Source: Vibrio alginolyticus NBRC 15630 = ATCC 17749 (GTDB lineage: Bacteria; Pseudomonadota; Gammaproteobacteria; Enterobacterales; Vibrionaceae). From it: a stretch of DNA of 32,000 nucleotides. The notes below the pieces were generated by a model. The model was not told the origin of the DNA. It saw nothing but the letters and a program-made list of their open reading frames with translations, and searched no databases. Shown here piece after piece: positions 17,915-26,059 of the stretch. The stretch is taken from positions 870,001-902,000 of the forward strand of contig NC_022349.1 of the NCBI RefSeq assembly GCF_000354175.2, written 5' to 3'. The position numbers and the translations under genes were made by a program. Numbering within the stretch: the stretch's first letter is position 1; every line of letters begins with the position of its first letter.

Positions 17915-19570
17915 ATGAGTTTTTTTGAATTACGCGCCGGCAAGACGTCTTCTCTTACTGTGCTCGCGAGCGCACTAATGCTTACTACCCCCACTTTTGG
18001 CTTCGCCGCTGAAGAGACGACGACCTACAACGAAGTAATCGAGCAAGGCCGAGCACTGTTCGACAAATACGGTATCAGTCATGATTTACCAAAACTGGCC
18101 ATCAGCTCTCTAGTTCAAGGCGAGCATTTGGTCGAGCATGCCCACCGAAGTGTTAAAATCGGTGATAGCGTTCGCGATTCGTCCGTCTACTTGGTTAAGA
18201 ACACCGATAACAAAGGCAACATTGATCTGCGTATCAAGTACAACCCTGAACAACTCGATGAAAATGAAAAAGTACTTGATGAGATCGAAGCTTTCACACG
18301 AACAGAATACCGCCTTCGAAACTACGCGGAGAGTTTTGATCCGTCATCAGTAAGAGCCAAAGAGGATCAGAATGGTAATGTGATCATCAGTTTTAATTAC
18401 TCAAAATACGGTCTTCCTCAAGATATCGCCTACTTTCGCTTTTTAAGCGTTGATATTGAGTTGGTTAATGGTGAACCGAAACGTATGGTCATTACCAACG
18501 ATAAACCGTTCACACATCACAACTACCAAGTGGATTCTTACGATCAAGAGATCCTCTTCCAGAAATTAACATCAGGCAAAATTGCGATTGCCAGTAAAAA
18601 CACCAAGATAGTTGGTTCAAAGAAAAATAAACCCCTCGAAATGATGAGCAGCGTAAAACCGGTAGCGATTTATGAAGATAAGCTTGGCGTGCAAGTACTA
18701 GACGAAAAACGCTTGAATGAGGTCTCTGATCCACGCATGCAAGAAGCCAGTGTTAAGCTAGACCGCGTTTTTCCTTTAATGGGTGATATGGTTCGTCGTC
18801 AAGGTATCGATTTGCCTCTGCCGTTTGGTGTATCGCTAGCGTATCGAAATCAAGATATGAATATTCCATTTAATGATTTCACGATTGAAGGCATCGGCCT
18901 TAATGAACTGTTTGATCCAGAAGACAGTGTCGGCATCGTGAGTGCTGAGAGCATGACGCTTCGTGGCGATGTAAACATCCTGCCATTTTGGAATGTATTT
19001 GGTTACATCGGAAAAGTTAATGTCGATGCCAATGTTGATGCCGCCTACACGGGTGAAGGTGGCCAGTACATAAAAGATAAGCTGAACGATAAACTGCCAG
19101 GATTAGGTGATAAGTTTTGCGATGGTTTATCTGCACTTTGTAGTCGCGGACGCCTAGACGTGCCGCTGCATTTGGAATATGACCTTCGTGGTATAGGTAC
19201 AACCCTTTCGGTTGGCTATAAAGAATTCTTTGCTTCTGTCACTGGTACCTATTCGCAAACTCGCTTAAAGGGCTTAGATGATTGGGGCGATGGTATTGTT
19301 ACTGTACAGCCGATGTTGGGTTATCAACTTGTCGATTATCGCACGCAGTTTTTTGTCGGAGCAGAATATCAAGGACTGGACGCTCGAATGGACGGGCATG
19401 TAAAAAGTGGTGATATCGAATTCGATTACGACATTGGTGTAGATCTTAATCAATGGGCGTTTTTGACTGGTTTCAATAAGCAAATCGGCAAAAACTACAA
19501 CCTGACCTTTCTCTATAACAAAGGGGAAACTCGAGAGTCAGTAACCTTAAATCTTGGTTACCGTTTCTAG
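17915..19570 (+). CDS. uncharacterised two-domain outer-membrane protein: soluble N-terminal domain plus C-terminal beta-barrel
   Basis: ATG 17915; the track start 17888 is TTG. Sec signal ..LMLTTPTFGFA/AEE. The C-terminal ~270 aa show alternating amphipathic strands rich in aromatic residues and Gly, ending LNLGYRF (terminal Phe, an OMP signature). I recognise no family. Confidence 0.65.
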   Translation: MSFFELRAGKTSSLTVLASALMLTTPTFGFAAEETTTYNEVIEQGRALFDKYGISHDLPKLAISSLVQGEHLVEHAHRSVKIGDSVRDSSVYLVKNTDNKGNIDLRIKYNPEQLDENEKVLDEIEAFTRTEYRLRNYAESFDPSSVRAKEDQNGNVIISFNYSKYGLPQDIAYFRFLSVDIELVNGEPKRMVITNDKPFTHHNYQVDSYDQEILFQKLTSGKIAIASKNTKIVGSKKNKPLEMMSSVKPVAIYEDKLGVQVLDEKRLNEVSDPRMQEASVKLDRVFPLMGDMVRRQGIDLPLPFGVSLAYRNQDMNIPFNDFTIEGIGLNELFDPEDSVGIVSAESMTLRGDVNILPFWNVFGYIGKVNVDANVDAAYTGEGGQYIKDKLNDKLPGLGDKFCDGLSALCSRGRLDVPLHLEYDLRGIGTTLSVGYKEFFASVTGTYSQTRLKGLDDWGDGIVTVQPMLGYQLVDYRTQFFVGAEYQGLDARMDGHVKSGDIEFDYDIGVDLNQWAFLTGFNKQIGKNYNLTFLYNKGETRESVTLNLGYRF

Positions 19571-19593
19571 CTCTCATAAAGAGCCCGCCCCTA

Positions 19594-19655
19594 GACGATG
19601 GTAGGACTGCATCCTACAAAGGCGATTACTGAAACTGTCGCCGATGTCCTACCAT
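19594..19655. repeat. REP-like palindrome, copy D, embedded in a larger hairpin
   Basis: Core GTAGGAC-tgc-ATCCTACAAAGGCGATTAC (19601-19629). In addition, ATGGTAGGAC (19598-19607) is a perfect inverted repeat of GTCCTACCAT (19646-19655). Confidence 0.7.
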
Positions 19656-19779
19656 TTGAGCCATCAATACAACAAGCCATCCAACCATTCACGGATTAAT
19701 GCCAAAGCGTCAGGACGTCGCTTGTTAGATGCCGTTTAACATTTTCGGTGTACGCACCAAATGACTTTTGGACATAACA

Positions 19780-21819
19780 ATGACTTTACTCAATCGCTCA
19801 ACTTTAGCCATTACCATCACTCTTGCCTTAGCAGCTTGCAGTGATGACTCTGGTAAACCTAGCGTTCCTAACGGCCCGAAGCCACTACAACCCTTACCAC
19901 CAGAGCAAATCGCTTTGGAAATTGGCGATGCAACCATTCAAGCGACCAAAGAGTCCCTTGTCATCACACCGCTTGATGCGGATGAAAAACTGGCAGCGGT
20001 AGAGGCGTTCAAAGGTATCCAATTTGCGCAAGCAGACCGCTTTAAGCACAGCCTTGTAGCCCCACTTGAAGGCGATATTGATGCGACTCAGTTCGGTGAT
20101 GCGTGTCCGCAATTAAAAACCACGACTCAAACGCAGTCAGAAAATTGTTTGAACCTAAACATTTGGCGACCAACCGGGACAGAAGCGTACGCAGATTTGC
20201 CAGTTTATGTCTTTATTCACGGTGGAGACTTTGAATACGGCGCAGGCTCAGAACCGCTGATTCATGGTGATATGGTGGTTGCACAAGGTGCTGACGATGG
20301 TAACCCGTTTATTGCAGTTACTTTTAACTATCGTTTGGGCTTGCTAGGCAGTGTTTGGATCGATGGTTTGGACAACCCTGAAGGCGGTAACTTTGGTCTA
20401 GGCGATCAAAAACACGCGCTTGAATGGGTTCAACAAAACATAGAGGCATTCGGCGGCAATCCGCAAAACGTGACACTCATGGGTCAAGGTGCGGGTGCCA
20501 TGGCGGTGGGAATTTTACAGCAATCAAAAGGCGATGCTGCAATCGCAGGTGAGCACTTTCAACGTGCCATCATGCAAAGCAACCCTTACGGCTTTGAATA
20601 TAAAAGTTACGATGTTGCCAAGAGCCAAAGACCAGAGCAAAGCGTTGAAGATCTTGCGTTACTACCACTTGAAGAGATCATGAAGGTACAAAGCGAGATG
20701 CTTGATCCTATTCAACGTCTTAAGAACTGGGTACTGACCGCCGTGAATATTCCGGTTATAAGCCCAACACGCGACAACAGCCCATTAGCTACATTGATGC
20801 CATTTGCGCCTTACATCGAGCATCGCCCACCAGCGTTTCTAGTGAAAGAAGTACCAGGCTATCACTTTACTGAGCAAGCCATTGAGAGTGAATGGATCGT
20901 ACCGACGGTAATTGGCTCAAACAGTGCAGAAAGCAATACTCTGGGCATGCTACCGAGCCTGACATTTTTGATCCCAACTATCACTGAAATCTTGAGCCAA
21001 GAAGCGCCAGAAGTCATTGAAAGTGGTGACGAAAACTTAATCGTCGAATACATGGTGGAGTGGCTAGAATCGGAAACGAACTTAAACCGTTTACGCGCTG
21101 AATATCGTTCATTACTCAACGATTCAGCTTCGATTGAACTCGATCTTTCTGACTTATTGGAACTGCTGCCTAGCACCGCTTATGAGGCGATGACTAAGTT
21201 GTTCTTCGGTTTGGGGAACTCCGATTCAACCACGGAGTTACTTGCTCTGACTGACTTCTTCCCTAACGATGAAAGCGAACTGAATGGCGCGGCCAAAAAC
21301 ATGCAGCAATTCAAAACCACGTTGCATGATTTGCTCTTCACGGGTCCAAACCGTCATAAAGTTTCAACTGAAGAAGCAACAGGGGCAACGCCAAGCTTCT
21401 ACTACTTTGACTACAAACCTGGATTCAACGTATGGACTTACAATACCAAAGGTGAAAATGGCGATCTCGACGTTGGCGATTTACTCAAAAGCATCAGTTG
21501 TATTGTCGGCGCTTGCAATGCATCGGAATTACCATTTGTGTTTAATAAAGCATTAAAGCTTGATGGTTCAAGTGTTCGTCCAGGTAGCAAAGACAAAGCA
21601 ATGATGAACGAGCTCTCTCGTATGTGGTTTAGCGAACGTTTATTTGAGGACTTCCAATACAACAGCGCGACTGACCGAGTATTGCTGATCGATAACGATG
21701 GCGGTATTCAATCCACACAAGACTGGGACAATGCTCATCACTCAGGCATCGATCCAAAACTGCGCCAAGGTCGCCTCAACGGTCTCGAGGAACTTGGGCT
21801 GATTCTGAGTCACATGTAA
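19780..21819 (+). CDS. type-B carboxylesterase-fold lipoprotein, predicted catalytically dead (Ser->Gly, His->Asn)
   Basis: ATG 19780; the track start 19768 is TTG. Lipobox LAAC. Family landmarks CLNLNIWRP, VYVFIHGGDFEYGAG, GNFGLGDQKHALEWVQQNIEAFGGNPQNVTLMG, FYYFDY and ELPFVFN are present. The nucleophile elbow reads GQGAG (20482-20496) instead of GESAG. The His position reads GACNASELPFVF (Asn codon 21517-21519). Confidence 0.8.
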   Translation: MTLLNRSTLAITITLALAACSDDSGKPSVPNGPKPLQPLPPEQIALEIGDATIQATKESLVITPLDADEKLAAVEAFKGIQFAQADRFKHSLVAPLEGDIDATQFGDACPQLKTTTQTQSENCLNLNIWRPTGTEAYADLPVYVFIHGGDFEYGAGSEPLIHGDMVVAQGADDGNPFIAVTFNYRLGLLGSVWIDGLDNPEGGNFGLGDQKHALEWVQQNIEAFGGNPQNVTLMGQGAGAMAVGILQQSKGDAAIAGEHFQRAIMQSNPYGFEYKSYDVAKSQRPEQSVEDLALLPLEEIMKVQSEMLDPIQRLKNWVLTAVNIPVISPTRDNSPLATLMPFAPYIEHRPPAFLVKEVPGYHFTEQAIESEWIVPTVIGSNSAESNTLGMLPSLTFLIPTITEILSQEAPEVIESGDENLIVEYMVEWLESETNLNRLRAEYRSLLNDSASIELDLSDLLELLPSTAYEAMTKLFFGLGNSDSTTELLALTDFFPNDESELNGAAKNMQQFKTTLHDLLFTGPNRHKVSTEEATGATPSFYYFDYKPGFNVWTYNTKGENGDLDVGDLLKSISCIVGACNASELPFVFNKALKLDGSSVRPGSKDKAMMNELSRMWFSERLFEDFQYNSATDRVLLIDNDGGIQSTQDWDNAHHSGIDPKLRQGRLNGLEELGLILSHM

Positions 21820-21858
21820 CGTTATCTTCAGTCACTAATAGCTCGTTACCAAATACCT

Positions 21859-21882
21859 AAAAGCCAGTTCACTGGCTTTTTT
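21859..21882 (+). terminator. intrinsic terminator after the esterase-like gene
   Basis: AAAGCCAG-ttca-CTGGCTTT followed by a T-run. Confidence 0.8.
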
Positions 21883-21920
21883 CATCCTTATTCCTTGAAC
21901 ATCATTAGGAAGGTTTACTC

Positions 21921-23372
21921 ATGTTTCCTAACGCCCTTCGTGCCCTGCTACTCTTTATCTTCAGCGCACTATTGGTTGGCTGTGCCCAGCCCTACCCGCA
22001 AGTTGAACCGGATTTTGAAGCCAATTGGCAAACTACTCAGCATCAAGCCGAAGTTTACTTAATTCCTAACGCTCCGGAAGCCTTTGCGCGTCGCGTTGAA
22101 CTGGTTAGAAATGCTCAGCAAAGCATCGATATGACTTACTTTTCTTGGGAGAGTGACACGCTTGGTTTGATGCTACTCAATGAACTCAAGCAAGCAGCAG
22201 ATCGAGGCGTGCAAATTCGACTCACTCTCGATGATCTATTGGTTTTTAACGAGAAATGGCTTGCTGATCTCAGCGCTCACGACAACATTCAAATCCGTTT
22301 ATTCAATCCGTTTGATTCACGTAAGTCAGGTTGGATTGGTCGCGCCGTCAACTTCTCTACTCACCAACAACGTTTGGACAATCGTCTGCACGAGAAGTAC
22401 TTCAACGTCGACCATCAATGGATGATTCTAGGTGGACGCAACATTGGCGACGACTATTTTGGTTACAGCCGCAAAGCCAACTTCTTTGATATGGATGTCT
22501 TGTTCAAAGGCAACATTATTCGAGCGTTCGACCAGAACTACCAACAACTTTGGGACAGCGAGCATGTCACGCCAATAGAAAACATCGTTAACGTTACCCC
22601 AAACTATTCCACGTTTACTAAAGCGCTTAATAAAGGTGAGAAAGACAAAAGCATCATTCTGGCTGAAGTTGAAAAACAAGTTAAACACCTGACCAATCCC
22701 AACTTCATCACTGCGCAAGTCACCCCCGTTTTCGACTCATTAGACAAGTTAAAAAACAACAAACCCTACTTTAGAAAACGGGCAGAACACCAAGTTTGGC
22801 AACAAATAACCTCTGCATCCAAAGCAGTGATATCAACGCCTTATGTGGTACCAAGCGATGGTGAATTTGCCTTTATTGATACCTTGATGGAGCAAAAAGC
22901 GGACATCACGTTAATGACGAACTCGTCTGCATCTAATGACTCTGGCTTTATTCCGGCTTATTACGAGGAGCACCGCCAAACCTTGTTGGATAAGGGCGTT
23001 CATCTACTTGAGTACAAAAACCAAGCGAAAAATGATGACCATTACTTCCATGCGGATACTTATTATCACAACAAGACGGTGATACTCGATGATCGGCTTA
23101 CTTATATCGGCTCATCAAACTTCGACCCAAGATCGGATTTCCTCAATGTGGAATTTGGTGTGTTGGTCCAAAGCGAAGCCTTTGCAGAACATGTCATGCA
23201 CTACTTAACTCGACAACAAGATGAACTTTTTTGGCGAGTGTCTCGAGATGGACAAGGCCAAACTCAGTGGCAATCAATGAATGAGATCCATACTAAGAAT
23301 CCAAACTATGGTGGATGGCATAAGGCGCCTAACTGGATATTCAAGAAACTGAATGGTGAGTTCGAACTCTAA
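21921..23372 (+). CDS. phospholipase D-family (dual HKD) lipoprotein
   Basis: 483 aa. Lipobox LVGC. HKD motif 1 is HEKYFNVD..GGRNIG; HKD motif 2 is HNKTVILD..IGSSNFD. AGGAAGG Shine-Dalgarno sequence. Confidence 0.85.
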   Translation: MFPNALRALLLFIFSALLVGCAQPYPQVEPDFEANWQTTQHQAEVYLIPNAPEAFARRVELVRNAQQSIDMTYFSWESDTLGLMLLNELKQAADRGVQIRLTLDDLLVFNEKWLADLSAHDNIQIRLFNPFDSRKSGWIGRAVNFSTHQQRLDNRLHEKYFNVDHQWMILGGRNIGDDYFGYSRKANFFDMDVLFKGNIIRAFDQNYQQLWDSEHVTPIENIVNVTPNYSTFTKALNKGEKDKSIILAEVEKQVKHLTNPNFITAQVTPVFDSLDKLKNNKPYFRKRAEHQVWQQITSASKAVISTPYVVPSDGEFAFIDTLMEQKADITLMTNSSASNDSGFIPAYYEEHRQTLLDKGVHLLEYKNQAKNDDHYFHADTYYHNKTVILDDRLTYIGSSNFDPRSDFLNVEFGVLVQSEAFAEHVMHYLTRQQDELFWRVSRDGQGQTQWQSMNEIHTKNPNYGGWHKAPNWIFKKLNGEFEL

Positions 23373-23385
23373 ACAATCAAGACTT

Positions 23386-23422
23386 AAAAAGGCTCTCTAT
23401 CTGCAAGGATGAGAGCCTTTTT
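23386..23422. terminator. bidirectional intrinsic terminator between the convergent PLD and tamA-like genes
   Basis: AAAAAGGCTCTC-(13 nt)-GAGAGCCTTTTT, with A/T runs on both sides. Confidence 0.85.
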
Positions 23423-23430
23423 AATGCCCG

Positions 23431-25137
23431 CTAAAACTGCGTGCCTAGTGAGAAGTGAACGCGGAATTGGTCTCCTTGCGGAGTATCTAAACCATAAGCA
23501 AAGTCCACTTTGACAGGCACGTATTTTGAGTTCCATATCAAACTCAGCCCTGTACCGCTTTTCCAATCCACCCTATCGTTGAAGGCATCACCAATATCAT
23601 AAAATGCCCCAAGCCACAGTTGGCGGTAGACCTGATATTGATATTCCAGCCCAGCAGTAAACATGTAACGAGCACCCGTTAAATCGCCATTTTCATCTCT
23701 CGGAGAGATAGACTCATAACCATAACCACGAAGATTGCCATCACCTCCCGCAAAGAAGCGTAATGATGATGGAATATCGCTCAAAGTGTCAGCGACATTA
23801 ATGCCAACATTGGAACGAAAGTGAAACTTGTGTTTTTCACTAATATCCCATGACAGAACACTGTTGCCCTCAATACGCAGCAAACGAGAATCGGAGAAAA
23901 AATTGGGATCCGAATATTCCAGTGAGTAGACGTGACGGTGCTTTACTTCTAATTGATCGTTCTTGCGATCAAGCAGTGAAAATGTCACCCCCGGTAATAA
24001 CAACTGTGATTCGTTATTCTCCGACGCTTGTTGATAACTTTCTTGCAAATAACGAACGTGCATGGTGCTTTGCCAATCACCGTCTAACTGCCAGTGCTTT
24101 TCAAACGATAAATCATTAGAAAAACTCGATGTGTCCCGATAGTCGACATGCTTAGATTCAAACTGAATCCCGTAGTAATCAGTTAGAACATTTTTGGTGG
24201 GTATCTTATAACCTAGTAATAGCGATTGTTCCGGTTTGGAAGCGTACGCTTGTGCCTCAAAACTGTGCCCACTTGCGTTATACCATGGCTTGGTCCAGTT
24301 TAGCGAAGCGCGTAATCCCAAGTCTGTCGAATACCCACCACCGACTTGCACAATATTGCGTGAATTCGGCTCTGCGAGCACTTCTATCGGCACCTTATGG
24401 CCATCGGATATCTCCTCGAAATCCGCTTTCACAATCACACTGCGAAACCAATCAGTACTGGATAGGTCGGCCTGATATTGACTCAATTTCAAAGTATCAA
24501 AATCGTCGCCCCGCTCAAATGTTCTCATCGCTTCTATTCGAGCCGTTTCGATACCCGACGTAAGAACAGACAGCTCTCCAAATTGGTAACGAGAACCACT
24601 AGAGAAATGCAGGTTCACATGGGCTTCATTCAAACTTGGAATGACTTCCAAAGACGATTCGATAAAACGTCCATCTAAATAACCTTTTTGCTGAGCCAAT
24701 GAGATCAAGTTTCGCTTTAGCGTATCGTACTCAGAATGAAGCAACGGCTGCCCTTGTTTAAGTTGAGCTTGATTGATTAGTTCGATGAAATCCTGATCGT
24801 TACTGGCCTCTCCCGACACAGCAATATTAGATTTTTTGACCAACATCACCTCCCCAGCGTCAACCTCAAGCGTGATGAAATCATTCTCTGATCTCTGAAC
24901 ATTGAGCTCGGAATGGTAGTAACCATAAGGGTTTAACGCATTATTAACCATCTGCGTTAGTCGATTTGAGGTAATGTTTGAAACAGAGAGTTTCGTTAGT
25001 GGTGTAAGGTGACTTTCAAGATTTTTCTCTAATATTGGTGTTAGCCCTTTGATTTTAAATTGCGCTCCGAATGCATGATGTAAAGGCATAGAAGCTAAAA
25101 CCGATATACCTATTATTTGTTTAATGAGAGGAGACAC
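23431..25137 (-). CDS. tamA: TamA-like Omp85-family outer-membrane protein (POTRA domains plus 16-strand barrel)
   Basis: 568 aa with a GTG start and signal ..[12 protein letters not shown]. Collinear with E. coli TamA as I recall it (GGGYSTDLG vs [19 protein letters not shown] vs [31 protein letters not shown] vs [21 protein letters not shown]). Ends in Phe. Confidence 0.85.
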   Translation of the reverse strand: [568 protein letters not shown]

Positions 25138-25194
25138 ACCGCTACCTAGTTTAGCAATACACTCGACAAGGTTAATGATGGAATGGCATATCAG

Positions 25195-25230
25195 TTAATC
25201 GCGTTTGTAGGATTGCTCCCTACGAAATAC
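25195..25230. repeat. REP-like palindrome, copy E (degenerate right arm)
   Basis: TTAATCGCGTTTGTAGGAT-tgc-TCCCTACGAAATAC, about 60 nt upstream of the tamA-like start. Confidence 0.6.
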
Positions 25231-25341
25231 TCTCGAAAATTCACGTTTCACAAGTAGATACTTTGAACGATAAATTGGCTCAAGCTAGGAGGTGGCAAAT
25301 CATGCGGTCTAAAATAGGTATACTGTTTGCCAAAAATACAA

Positions 25342-25378
25342 AACCCAACGCTGAATGGATCTCATCAAGCGTTGGGTT
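25342..25378 (-). terminator. intrinsic terminator after the DUF2846-like lipoprotein gene
   Basis: AACCCAACGCT-(15 nt)-AGCGTTGGGTT. The minus strand continues TTGTATTTTTGG. Confidence 0.7.
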
Positions 25379-25425
25379 ACATTGATAATGTGTTTTTTAA
25401 TCTAAAAAGCGGTCTGTTTGTAAAA

Positions 25426-25890
25426 CTAGATCGAAGAACAGTTTCCTTTTTCTGCCATGTCGACTTTTAGTACTTCTGCTTTACCTTTGCTTTCGTCTAC
25501 GAGTTCTACGCCCGCACCACCAACAAATACACCCATTTTAATGTATTGATTAACGAAATAATTACGGCCCTCTTCCGTTAAGATAGTTAAGTGATTTTCA
25601 GAAAACTCAGACTCTGTACTTACTTGATGTTCTTTATTGCCTTCGACCTCATGGTAGAAGAATACACCAGGAGCGGTTTCACCAATACATTCCCCATCGA
25701 CGTAAACATACTTTTTAAGCGCTGCTCCGACAAAAGCATCTTCTCGGTAAATGTAAATCCCTGCGTTCCCCTTTTGAGGTGCTTCAAATGATTTCATTTG
25801 ATTTGATACTGTCGAATCAACAGTAGGAACAGAAGCACAACCTGACAAACCCAAAAGGAATGCGGAACACAGAATTACTTTATTTTTCAT
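25426..25890 (-). CDS. small lipoprotein, DUF2846-like
   Basis: 154 aa. Lipobox LSGC. The pattern AGIYIYRE..VYVDGECIGETAPGVFFYHEV resembles the DUF2846 signature as I remember it. Confidence 0.6.
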   Translation of the reverse strand: MKNKVILCSAFLLGLSGCASVPTVDSTVSNQMKSFEAPQKGNAGIYIYREDAFVGAALKKYVYVDGECIGETAPGVFFYHEVEGNKEHQVSTESEFSENHLTILTEEGRNYFVNQYIKMGVFVGGAGVELVDESKGKAEVLKVDMAEKGNCSSI

Positions 25891-26059
25891 GTTATTAACC
25901 TAGCTACGATAAAATCGCGCCAACCATACTATAAATAAATACGTTCACTTATTGGTATTTTTGAAATTTGTGATTCAACCTATGCAATAGCACTCATTTA
26001 GCGTATAGATTGAGCAAACATTAGCCATATAATAATCACGAGAATAAAATGCCCTGTAT

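Noticed and set aside
20862-21176. 104-aa minus-strand ORF, together with the other ORFs overlapping the esterase-like, OMP, PLD and tamA-like genes
   Set aside because: They are antisense or out-of-frame shadows of long, motif-supported genes.
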